64,000 bases of DNA from Calditrichaceae bacterium. GTDB lineage: Bacteria > Calditrichota > Calditrichia > Calditrichales > JBFXGD01. How positions within the stretch are numbered: the first letter of the stretch is position 1; every line of letters starts with the position of its first letter. Below the pieces are notes generated by a model. It was not told the origin of the DNA. It did no database searches and saw only the letters and a list, made by a program, of their open reading frames with translations. Shown here one piece after another: positions 50,844-60,044 of this stretch. A program made the position numbers and the translations under genes. The stretch lies in NCBI GenBank assembly GCA_050173015.1, contig JBFXLE010000002.1:222378-286377 (forward strand), in the 5' to 3' direction.

Positions 50844-51933
50844 TTTTACTATCAGCCAAATAAATTAAGTATTGATCTAAAATTTTATTCGCAACTTCGA
50901 ACTTAGATAACAAAGGATATTCAAGATGGTTCCCGTTGTCAAAAAGTATATTTACTCGATTGGTATCCGTTCCAAACCCGGCGCCTGATTCTTTAGGATT
51001 ATTGATTACTATAAAATTTAAATTCTTTTCTGTCAATTTTTTTCTTGAATTTTCATAAGAATTTTCGGTTTCTACTGAAAAACCGATAACAACCTGCTGA
51101 TTGTTTCTGATTTTTCTTATGGATCGCAGAATATCCGTTGTGCGTTTCAGCCTCAAAACTAAACCGTTATCCTGTTTTTTAATCTTTTCTTCATAAAATA
51201 TTTCCGGTGTATAATCGGCGACGGCAGCAGAAGCAATGTACACATCACAGGCTGAGAATTTACTGATAACCATATCGGCCATCTGCGCGGAAGAACGAAC
51301 GTTGTTATAATTCAGATAACCGGGAATTTCTATCTTTACCGGGCCAATGACCAGATCAACCTCAGCGCCCCTTATATAAGCGGCGCGGGCGATCTCAAGT
51401 CCCATTTTTCCCGATGAACGGTTTGTGATAAACCGAACCGGATCAATGTCTTCCGCTGTGGGACCCGCGCTGATCAGTATCTTTTTATCTTTCAGATCAT
51501 TCTCAGACAGTAATCTTTGAATCATGTCTAACGCGTCCGATGCGTTTCCGGTTAATAAGGGGCTTTCGTTTTTCGGACGCGAAACAGGAACGCAATAAAT
51601 ATGAGGTAAATGACTGAATTTTCTGGTTAATGCCTTATAATCTTTCCTTTTTTCAGAATATATTACCGGAAAAATCAATCTTTTGTTTAGTGATTCTTGG
51701 ATATCGATCGCATCCAGATCAGTGATATCAATCAGGATATCCGATTCATCTAATTTTAAATTGAAATTTGAATATCTAAGATTCTTAAAATATTTCAGGA
51801 ATTCATTGTAACGTTTTCTGTCATCAGCGTTTATAACTAATCGCGCCTCAGGTACACCCTGATCCAGCAGAGCTAGAAACTCATAAGCCAAAAATAACTT
51901 TCCGTTTGTTAAATCACGGCAGATAACCGACAT
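50836..51933 (-). CDS. coaB: Phosphopantothenate--cysteine ligase (CoaB) with a degenerate N-terminal CoaC-sized domain
   Basis: ISAGPTAEDIDPVRFITNRSSGKMG, AAVADY, KIKK and GFSVET are intact. The N-terminal ~145 aa lack flavoprotein motifs. Confidence 0.85.
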   Translation of the reverse strand: MSVICRDLTNGKLFLAYEFLALLDQGVPEARLVINADDRKRYNEFLKYFKNLRYSNFNLKLDESDILIDITDLDAIDIQESLNKRLIFPVIYSEKRKDYKALTRKFSHLPHIYCVPVSRPKNESPLLTGNASDALDMIQRLLSENDLKDKKILISAGPTAEDIDPVRFITNRSSGKMGLEIARAAYIRGAEVDLVIGPVKIEIPGYLNYNNVRSSAQMADMVISKFSACDVYIASAAVADYTPEIFYEEKIKKQDNGLVLRLKRTTDILRSIRKIRNNQQVVIGFSVETENSYENSRKKLTEKNLNFIVINNPKESGAGFGTDTNRVNILFDNGNHLEYPLLSKFEVANKILDQYLIYLADSKNG

Positions 51934-51940
51934 ATCACCT

Positions 51941-52516
51941 CTATCTTACAATGAGTCGCTCAACTTCATTAATCGTTTCATCCAATCGATCATTGACAAC
52001 CTTGAAATCAAATAAATCCGCTTTTTCGTACTCGTATTTGATTCTTTTTAATCGGTTTTCGACGGATTTACTGGATTCGCTTTTTCTGGCAACAAGCCTT
52101 TCTTTAAGAACCTCCAGGCTTGGGGGAGCAATGAATATCAAGATGGCTTCAGGATAATTTCTTTTTATTGAAAGCGCCCCGTTCACATCGATATCAAACA
52201 AAACGCTGTTCCCCTTTTTAACAAGATCATCAACAGATTCTTTAAGGGTACCGTAATAATCACCATGAACATTTTCATATTCCAGAAAGCATCCTGATTT
52301 TATTTTCTGCTCAAACTGGTCATTTGTTAAAAAATGATAGGCAATTCCATCCACTTCATTTGTTCTTTTTTTTCTGGTAGTGGCTGAAACCGAAATTTTC
52401 AAATGGCGATATTTTTTTGCTAAATGTTGTACGATAGTTGTTTTTCCGCCTCCGGATGGGGCGGAAAATACAATATATGGTGATACAAATTCCATTTCCT
52501 TAATAACTCCCGTCAT
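51941..52516 (-). CDS. gmk: Guanylate kinase
   Basis: SAPSGGGKTT, SVSATTR, YYGT, DIDVNG, FIAPPS. Confidence 0.96.
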   Translation of the reverse strand: MTGVIKEMEFVSPYIVFSAPSGGGKTTIVQHLAKKYRHLKISVSATTRKKRTNEVDGIAYHFLTNDQFEQKIKSGCFLEYENVHGDYYGTLKESVDDLVKKGNSVLFDIDVNGALSIKRNYPEAILIFIAPPSLEVLKERLVARKSESSKSVENRLKRIKYEYEKADLFDFKVVNDRLDETINEVERLIVR

Positions 52517-52542
52517 TTCAAATTAAATCACTTCTGTATCAA

Positions 52543-53418
52543 TTATTCAATATTCTGAGCCTGCTCGCGCAACTTTTCTATTTCTTCTTTCATTTGTATG
52601 ACTTTATGTAAAATTTGAACATCTGTAGCCTTCGAATTCATTGTATTCGCTTCACGCAGCATCTCTTGTAAGATAAAAGTCAATTTCTTCCCGGCTTCAG
52701 AATTTATCTCAAGTGTTTCTTTAAATAATTTAATGTGACTTTTCATGCGAATACATTCTTCCGTAATGTCGACTTTGTCGGCAATTATCGCAATCTCCTG
52801 CTCAAGGCGGCTTTCATCCATCTTTTGCTCACCGATAAGTTCTCTGACCTGACTGGTTAATCTTTCAAAATCAGACCTAACGGTCAATTTTCCTTTTTCT
52901 TCAACAAAATCAGTGAATTCCGAAAGTGACGCAATCCTCATGACCATGTCTTTATAAATAAACGTTCCCTCCGACTCGCGCATCTCATTGAATTGCTTCA
53001 ACGCGTCCTTAACCGCCGGCCGATAAAGGCTCTTCAGTTCTTTTTCATCAATATGTTCAAAGTCAACTTCAAACAAATCCTGAAATTTCATAAGATGATC
53101 CATCGTAATCGATCCTTCTAATCCCAAAGAAGACTTGGCCTGGTCAAGCAGATTAAAGCGTTTTTTTAATTTTTCGCTATCAAAAAACAGTTCAGCGTCA
53201 TTTCCCGTCGCCTCCCTTAAATCAATAAATACCGAAACTTTACCGCGATCCACCGCCGACTTAATCTGATCTCTGATCTCATTTTCAAAAAGGGCCATGA
53301 AACGCGGAACTCTCAGGTTTAAATCCAAATATCGATTATTCACACTTCTGATTTCTATGTTTAACTCAAAACGGTTATTTCTGCTTCCGGCCCGTCCAAA
53401 TCCAGTCATACTTCGCAT
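52543..53418 (-). CDS. yicC: YicC/YloC endoribonuclease
   Basis: SMTGFG, SVNNRYLD, DITEE, GKKLTFILQEMLREANT, REQAQNIE. Confidence 0.95.
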   Translation of the reverse strand: MRSMTGFGRAGSRNNRFELNIEIRSVNNRYLDLNLRVPRFMALFENEIRDQIKSAVDRGKVSVFIDLREATGNDAELFFDSEKLKKRFNLLDQAKSSLGLEGSITMDHLMKFQDLFEVDFEHIDEKELKSLYRPAVKDALKQFNEMRESEGTFIYKDMVMRIASLSEFTDFVEEKGKLTVRSDFERLTSQVRELIGEQKMDESRLEQEIAIIADKVDITEECIRMKSHIKLFKETLEINSEAGKKLTFILQEMLREANTMNSKATDVQILHKVIQMKEEIEKLREQAQNIE

Positions 53419-53586
53419 TAATATCTCCCGTACATATAAAACAATTTTATAATTTTTTATTTTTTAACCGGAATTTATTACATTAGACACTGAAGTAATA
53501 ATATAAATGTATTTTCTCAGCTAAAATCAATTATTATTTAATTATTCAATTTAACGATTAGCGATTTTAAAAGCAAAACGTGAATT

Positions 53587-55251
53587 ATGTACAAAAACTA
53601 TTTTTTATTCGAAGCACAGGTACGGGAATTAGAAAACCAACTGCAAGGCCTTGTGATCTCAGAAATATTTACTTACCGAAAGAATGAGATTGTATTAGTG
53701 CTCAAAACTCCGGAAGTAAAACATTTGAGGATAAGCATTAACAGTGATTATCCTTACATCCTGCTAAAACACCCGGAAAAGATTAACCATCCGAAATTTC
53801 AATTATTTGATTTTTTAAATGATGCTGAAATAAAAGGAATAGAAATATACCCGTTTGATAAACTGATTCAGCTTCATCTTGAACTCTATAAAGTTGAAAT
53901 ACGTTTTTTCGGACAGCAGAATGTATTTATTAAAAATTATTCCGGTGAAATTGTTGATACATTCAAAGAAAAGCGCAACGATATACCTGAAAATGAATTG
54001 AGTCATCTGCTGGATTTTCGTTCCGTCCCTTTAGAAGAACTTAAGAAATTGCTTCAGAGTGAAGAACAGCAAAAGCTCAACTACTTCCTGCGCAGACATT
54101 TTGGCGCCATAAACGAGCTGATATCGAAAGAGATTTTTTTCAGGTCAGAGTTACAGCAGCATGAACGGTTGGAATCCTTATCAGATAATAATATCTCTGC
54201 CCTGCATTCCGCATTTCAGAATATTGCAAAAGAGATGATGTCCACAGATGACTGTTATCTTTACCGGAATGATGAAAAGTCAGTCATTATTTCTATAATA
54301 AGACTCCATCATCTGGAGCAACCAGATTCTGGCGGTTATGATGTTTTTCGGGGAGTCAATGAGGCATGGATTCGATTTATTGAAGAAAAAACTGAAAAAA
54401 CCGAATTTGATAAACTTTATAAAAAGTGTAGAACCGCAATTAATGACCGGCAAAAATTTATAACGCGAACTCTTAAAAACATCGAATTGGCTGAGAATCT
54501 TTCAGAGAGAAAAACCGAAGCTGAACTCAAAGGTAATCTTCTTCTGACCTTTAAACATCATGTTCCCAGGAACAGCTCAAATGTGGAACTTGAAAATATT
54601 TTCAGCAATGAACGGGAATTGGTTAAAATCAAATTAAATCCCAATAAAACAACAGTCGAAAATGCCAATTATTATTTTAATAAATACAAAGATATCGCAA
54701 AAAAACAGCTCATCATGGATATTAAGAAAGACAGTTATCTCAATGAACTTGAAAAAGTTAATAAGTTATCCGAATCATTGAATCAAACTAATAAATTGTC
54801 AAAACTAAAGAATCTTGAGAATTCATTGATGGATATGAAGTTATTGCAGCGGGCATCGGCCACGAAGGAAACCCGGCAATCACTCTCCTACTCTTTTAAC
54901 CGTATGGTTCTTGACAAAGAATGGGATATTTTTATCGGTAAAAATGGTGAAAACAATGATCTTCTTACATTTTCTTTCGCGAATAAGTGGGATATATGGC
55001 TTCATGCTCAGGGGGTTCCGGGATCGCATGTCATTATTCATTTACCGTCAAGAACAAAGTTACCGCCAACAAGGGTCATTGAACAGGCCGCGCAACTCGC
55101 GGCTGCCAACAGCCGATCGAAACATTCGACAACGGTCCCCGTGATATATACCGAGGTACGTTATGTCCATCGTGTCCGAAAAGCGCCCGCCGGAACAGTA
55201 TCAGTTCAAAATGAAAAAGTTGTTTTTGTTAAACCATTGGCGATAAATTAG
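53587..55251 (+). CDS. rqcH: NFACT family protein (RqcH/FbpA-like)
   Basis: ENANYYFNKYK, IGKNGENND, WLHAQGVPGSHV, AAANS, V.YT...V.K. Confidence 0.85.
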   Translation: MYKNYFLFEAQVRELENQLQGLVISEIFTYRKNEIVLVLKTPEVKHLRISINSDYPYILLKHPEKINHPKFQLFDFLNDAEIKGIEIYPFDKLIQLHLELYKVEIRFFGQQNVFIKNYSGEIVDTFKEKRNDIPENELSHLLDFRSVPLEELKKLLQSEEQQKLNYFLRRHFGAINELISKEIFFRSELQQHERLESLSDNNISALHSAFQNIAKEMMSTDDCYLYRNDEKSVIISIIRLHHLEQPDSGGYDVFRGVNEAWIRFIEEKTEKTEFDKLYKKCRTAINDRQKFITRTLKNIELAENLSERKTEAELKGNLLLTFKHHVPRNSSNVELENIFSNERELVKIKLNPNKTTVENANYYFNKYKDIAKKQLIMDIKKDSYLNELEKVNKLSESLNQTNKLSKLKNLENSLMDMKLLQRASATKETRQSLSYSFNRMVLDKEWDIFIGKNGENNDLLTFSFANKWDIWLHAQGVPGSHVIIHLPSRTKLPPTRVIEQAAQLAAANSRSKHSTTVPVIYTEVRYVHRVRKAPAGTVSVQNEKVVFVKPLAIN

Positions 55252-55257
55252 GCACCT

Positions 55258-56529
55258 ATGTTGATTACACCAAAACTAAGATATTTCTTAACAATTATTC
55301 TAATCCTGACTCTTTCCCAGGTACTGAATGCTCAATTTAATAATCAAAGCTATTTTGAGTACCTGGAAAAACAATTCCACAAAGAGTCAATAGCCACAAA
55401 TCGGTATCTGATTGATGAATTTGAAAATTATCTGGAAATTTTTCCAAATCGCGCGCATGAAGATGACGCGCTCTGGATGCTTTCCCTTTTGCAGGAGCAG
55501 TATAAATTAGACAACGCGCAGCTTATCAGTCTTTTAAAAATTGTATTTCTTCACCCAAACAGCGATTTTACACCCAATGCCCGGTTTGAAATTCAGAAAC
55601 TGTTGACAGAGAATCAAAGCATTAATTTAAACATAAAAAAAGACAAGTTACTGAATGCGATTGATAAAAAACGTAGCGCGAAGTCGTACCAGGACACTTA
55701 TTTTGATTTCCTGTCATTTCTTTATGAAATTGATGTGAAAGAACTTCATTCATTCCTGCTGGATGAAATTAAAACATATTTCCGCGTGTTCTCAGATAAT
55801 CCGGTAAATGGCGATATTATCAGTTTTTTTGCGGGCAATACATTTGAACAGGATAATAAAATTGCTAATGCCATCGCCTGTTACAGGAAAATTATAGCCC
55901 TTTTTCCGGAATCTTCCTATCGGTGGAAAGCGCAATACCAGATCGGATATCTTTTGTATTCAAGGCTCGATTCCACCTCATCCGCCATGGATAATTTTTT
56001 AGAGGTGATCAATTCTTTTCCAATGCAGGAGGAAGCTGTAAACGCGCAGTTTTATCTCGCGGAGATTTATGATAAAAAACTTAACAACATAGAAGAGGCG
56101 ATACAAAATTACCGTCTTTTAATCGAATCCTTCCCGGATAATCCATTCAGACTTACCGCGCTGACACGTGTAGCCGAACTTTGCCGTAACTCCGGACGAT
56201 TCGAAGAAGCGGTAACATCTTATATGCAGATATTTGAGGAATATCCTGACACCGACACGGCCCCATCGGCTCTGGAACAAATTATATCTATTTATTATAA
56301 CCATTTGCATAAACCGGCGCGGGCCGCGGCAACACTAAAATTATTTGGCTCTTATTATAAGGAACATCCTAAGGCAGATGAATATTTTTTTCAGGCGGCC
56401 GCAATCTATGCGAATGAACTAAAAATGCCGAAAGAAGCGCGTGAAATTTGTGTATTTATCATAAATAATTATCCGAATGGCCGATTTGCGGAACCGGCGC
56501 GGGAGCTGTTGAAAAAAAACGGTAATTAA
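55258..56529 (+). CDS. Secreted TPR protein
   Basis: Signal peptide and repeated A..Y..lI..FP.S TPR units. Confidence 0.8.
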   Translation: MLITPKLRYFLTIILILTLSQVLNAQFNNQSYFEYLEKQFHKESIATNRYLIDEFENYLEIFPNRAHEDDALWMLSLLQEQYKLDNAQLISLLKIVFLHPNSDFTPNARFEIQKLLTENQSINLNIKKDKLLNAIDKKRSAKSYQDTYFDFLSFLYEIDVKELHSFLLDEIKTYFRVFSDNPVNGDIISFFAGNTFEQDNKIANAIACYRKIIALFPESSYRWKAQYQIGYLLYSRLDSTSSAMDNFLEVINSFPMQEEAVNAQFYLAEIYDKKLNNIEEAIQNYRLLIESFPDNPFRLTALTRVAELCRNSGRFEEAVTSYMQIFEEYPDTDTAPSALEQIISIYYNHLHKPARAAATLKLFGSYYKEHPKADEYFFQAAAIYANELKMPKEAREICVFIINNYPNGRFAEPARELLKKNGN

Positions 56530-56546
56530 CCGAAGAAAACACTATT

Positions 56547-57530
56547 TTAATTAAATATTTCTAAAAACTGAAGATGAAATGAAATCCGGTGTATATTTCC
56601 CAGTTCATTTTCATAACCGGTAAATGAATAATCAAATGTGATTTTTGGGATTTTTAGTCCAACCCCCGCATTGAATCTTTCTAGTTCGTCAATGCCTACG
56701 CGCACCGAGAGCGTGTTTTTATAGGTGACATCCATCCCCCAGAACGAATCGAGACTGGCGGCTCCGAGATTAAGCTGGCTGGCGTATTCCCTGTTTTCAA
56801 ACAGAATATTAAAATCCGCCGCAGGCTGGAGACGTAAATCAATACTTGAAATATTAAAGGTGTAGGAGACTCCCATGCGCACTGAAGGCGTAATAAATTC
56901 GCGCTCTCCTGTGCTCCACGACATCATTGTCGTCGTAATATCCCTGAGCATCATGCCAAGCGTTAGCTGTTCGTTAAAGTGATATTTAAATCCCGCGTCA
57001 AAACCTATACCTAGGGCGGATTCGACCTCGTAATCCCGGTATATAACTTTGACATTTCCACCGTAACTTAATCCCGATCTGAATGGTCTCGCGTAGGATA
57101 ACAGGACAGAATAATCACCGGTATTAAATAATTTCACCCTGGAAGGATCGACGCGATTCTCAATAAAATCATAAGCGTCCCTGCTGTCTTTGATATCGTT
57201 TACGGTAAGATATGTGACCGATAGAGCCAGAGCGCTTTTATCCGGCAAAAGACGGGATACGGCAAGGTAATTATACTGAATACTACTGATAAATTGTTTA
57301 CTGTGCATAAATTGAAATTGCAAACCGTCCGCGTCGACAAGACCGGCGGGGTTCCAATAACCGGCTGTCACGTCATCGGCAACACCGGTAGCAGCTCCAC
57401 CCATTCCCATCGCGCGTCCGCCAACACCGAGATAAAGAAATTCGCCGGCGTATTTCTTGAAGGAACCGGCAGAAAGAACGGATACCATCAGGGATATCAA
57501 AATAATTGTTCGAACCGGTTGCTGCATCAA
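56547..57530 (-). CDS. PorV/PorQ-like (UPF0164) outer-membrane barrel
   Basis: FLYLGVGGRAMGMGGA...YWNPAGL and DYSF...LGNIHRISF. Confidence 0.8.
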   Translation of the reverse strand: MMQQPVRTIILISLMVSVLSAGSFKKYAGEFLYLGVGGRAMGMGGAATGVADDVTAGYWNPAGLVDADGLQFQFMHSKQFISSIQYNYLAVSRLLPDKSALALSVTYLTVNDIKDSRDAYDFIENRVDPSRVKLFNTGDYSVLLSYARPFRSGLSYGGNVKVIYRDYEVESALGIGFDAGFKYHFNEQLTLGMMLRDITTTMMSWSTGEREFITPSVRMGVSYTFNISSIDLRLQPAADFNILFENREYASQLNLGAASLDSFWGMDVTYKNTLSVRVGIDELERFNAGVGLKIPKITFDYSFTGYENELGNIHRISFHLQFLEIFN

Positions 57531-57544
57531 TTACTCCCAAATCA

Positions 57545-58126
57545 TCAGGATAGAAAAGTTAATAAAATCGCGGTAATCATCGGAAGCGCTAAATTATCAT
57601 TCAGTCCAAGCGGAAACAATTCCACCAGTGTTAATATAAAAGCTGTAACGGGTGCCATCCAGTTATAGCTATGATAAATTAACAGGATTAATAATGCCGT
57701 TAAAAAAAAACCAACACTTCCTTCTACCGTTTTATTCAATATCCGGCGCGAACCGAAGGTCTTCCCTGTCAGAGCGGCAACCGGATCCGCCAATGTTACA
57801 ATTAAAATCGCGGGAATGGCTACTTCCTTTGGAAACAAAGCAATAGTCAGGGTTATTCCTGTAAAAAGCCAGGTCGCCCCGGTAATTTTCCTGCCTGTTT
57901 CATCAGCCCTCAGCAGTCCCGAAAAAATTAATAAAAAGTATTTCCCGGCCCGGTTTGAAAATATTCTCAGTACATCAGCGAACAAAAAGCCCGCGGTTAG
58001 AAAAACACTGATTATCAAGATTTGTTCCCGGGAAAACAGATAGAGATACATTAAAGGAATGACAGTAATCGAAATATGTATCAGCTTTCTTTTTATTTCC
58101 GCGAACAGGTTTAGTGAATGGGTCAT
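57545..58126 (-). CDS. CTP-dependent polyprenol/diacylglycerol kinase family (SEC59/DGK1/VTE5)
   Basis: RKLIH, ADPVAALTGK, KTVEGS, NDNLALP. Confidence 0.85.
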   Translation of the reverse strand: MTHSLNLFAEIKRKLIHISITVIPLMYLYLFSREQILIISVFLTAGFLFADVLRIFSNRAGKYFLLIFSGLLRADETGRKITGATWLFTGITLTIALFPKEVAIPAILIVTLADPVAALTGKTFGSRRILNKTVEGSVGFFLTALLILLIYHSYNWMAPVTAFILTLVELFPLGLNDNLALPMITAILLTFLS

Positions 58127-58797
58127 CAGATATCCTGCCCGCCCCCTGTGATGATATTTTTTAGGGTTCTGCAGGCATCCCCTGCCGATTTTTCTCCAAA
58201 CACCGCGTTACCGGCCACCAAAATATCCGCGCCCGCTTTCACAATCTCAGGAGCCGTTTCCCGATTCACACCGCCGTCAACCTCGATCAGGCACTTCGGA
58301 TTCTTTTTTATGATGAGATCTTTAAGAGTTCTGATTTTTTCCAGAGTATAAGGAATAAATTTTTGACCTCCATATCCCGGATTCACAGACATGACCAGAA
58401 CAAGATCGGTGATTTCAATGACATTTTCCAGAGTGCTGACAGGCGTCGCCGGATTAATGGATATGCCCGCGAGACAATTCTGCTCCCTGATAAATTGAAC
58501 TGTTCTGTCAAGATGATTACAGGCTTCCTGGTGTACCGTAATGATAGATGCTCCCGCGGCGGCGAATTCCCGGATATACATATCGGGATTGCTAATCATT
58601 AAGTGAACATCTTTTGGAAGCTTTGTAATTTTATTGACCGCTTTTACCATAAACGGGCCAAAGGTCAGATTCGGTACAAAGTGACCGTCCATCACATCGA
58701 TATGAATATAATCGGCGCCATTTTCTTCTACAACTTCGAGTTGTTGCTTTAGTATGAGCACATCAGCCGAAAGGATTGAAGGCGCGAGAAAGGCCAT
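58126..58797 (-). CDS. rpe: Ribulose-phosphate 3-epimerase
   Basis: APSILSAD, HIDVMDGHFVPN, DVHLM, MSVNPG, EVDGG. Confidence 0.97.
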   Translation of the reverse strand: MAFLAPSILSADVLILKQQLEVVEENGADYIHIDVMDGHFVPNLTFGPFMVKAVNKITKLPKDVHLMISNPDMYIREFAAAGASIITVHQEACNHLDRTVQFIREQNCLAGISINPATPVSTLENVIEITDLVLVMSVNPGYGGQKFIPYTLEKIRTLKDLIIKKNPKCLIEVDGGVNRETAPEIVKAGADILVAGNAVFGEKSAGDACRTLKNIITGGGQDI

Positions 58798-58799
58798 AT

Positions 58800-59576
58800 T
58801 TAATCTCCGATTGGTTTTATTTTACTCACCAACAAAACGATTTCTGATCCACTGTCGATTGGCTGGCCGGGCGGAAGACTTTGTTTAAGGATTGTCTCCG
58901 GCAAGATATTTTCTCGTTCTTCATATTCAATCTGGTTGATTCTGACACCAAGATGTTCGAGCTGTTTTTTGGCTGATGAAAGACTTTTTCCGACCAGTTC
59001 CGGGATAGTATTTTGCTCAGGAAGAGATCCCAGGCTCACGGTGATTGTAATTCTGGTTTTTTTCTTTATTTTTTGTCCCTGTGGAAATGTTTGCGCTATG
59101 ACTACTCCTTCGGGATAAATATCAGAATAGGCGTAAAGAGTCGATGAAAGCTCAAGTCCGTTGGCTTTAAGAAGAAATTCAGCATCTCTTGGAGATCTTC
59201 CGAAAAGATTTGGCATGATGATGGGTTTTTCCCCGATGCTCACCTTAACATAAACATGTCTTCCTTTTTTAACGGTGGAATAAGGCAAAGGCATCTGTTC
59301 GACAACGGTCCCGCTCGGATAATGAGAATCATAGATGGAATCGACCAGCACTACCTGAAATCCCATACTTACCAGTTCTTTTTCTACGACAAAAAATTCT
59401 TTTTCCACCATATCCGGCATTTCCACTTCATCACCCAAATTCACATACCACGGCATCACAACCTTATCCATCAAAATAGTGAAAACAAAAAGTATTGCCA
59501 GAACGACAATAGATTGCGCAATTTTTTTTGTTTTATACCGTTCCCATAGTTCCGAAATATTACTCATGGATTTCAA
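58800..59576 (-). CDS. PASTA domain-containing membrane protein
   Basis: One TM helix and three PASTA repeats (MPDMV, MPNLFG, IPELVG). Confidence 0.9.
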   Translation of the reverse strand: MKSMSNISELWERYKTKKIAQSIVVLAILFVFTILMDKVVMPWYVNLGDEVEMPDMVEKEFFVVEKELVSMGFQVVLVDSIYDSHYPSGTVVEQMPLPYSTVKKGRHVYVKVSIGEKPIIMPNLFGRSPRDAEFLLKANGLELSSTLYAYSDIYPEGVVIAQTFPQGQKIKKKTRITITVSLGSLPEQNTIPELVGKSLSSAKKQLEHLGVRINQIEYEERENILPETILKQSLPPGQPIDSGSEIVLLVSKIKPIGD

Positions 59577-59603
59577 CCTGTTTAATGATCATTCTATTTT
59601 GTA

Positions 59604-60044
59604 TTATTTACTTTCTACCACCAAAGTTACCGGTCCGTAATTGATAAGTTCGATATCCATCATCGCACCGAACACTCCTGTTTCTGTTTTAACTCCGTAT
59701 GTCTGAATTTTTTTTATAAATCTTTCATAATAATCATTACCTTTTTCAGGACCGGCGGCTGCAATAAAGCTTGGCCGTCTTCCCTTTTTTGTATCTCCGA
59801 GAAGTGTAAATTGAGAGACTGCCAAAATTTCACCCCCGGTTTCCAGTAATGAGCGGTTCATTTTGCCATCACCATCTTCAAAAATACGTAAATTTACGCA
59901 TTTATCAGCAACAAAATCAATATCTTCCGGCGTATCACTTTCCGCGATTCCAATAAGCAACAACAAGCCCCTGCCTATTTTCCCCACAATTTCATTGTTC
60001 ACTTTTACACGCGCCTCGCTTACTCGCTGTACTACCACTCTCAT
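59604..60044 (-). CDS. dtd: D-aminoacyl-tRNA deacylase
   Basis: MRVVVQRV, SQFTL, GRRPSF, NxGPVT. Confidence 0.96.
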   Translation of the reverse strand: MRVVVQRVSEARVKVNNEIVGKIGRGLLLLIGIAESDTPEDIDFVADKCVNLRIFEDGDGKMNRSLLETGGEILAVSQFTLLGDTKKGRRPSFIAAAGPEKGNDYYERFIKKIQTYGVKTETGVFGAMMDIELINYGPVTLVVESK

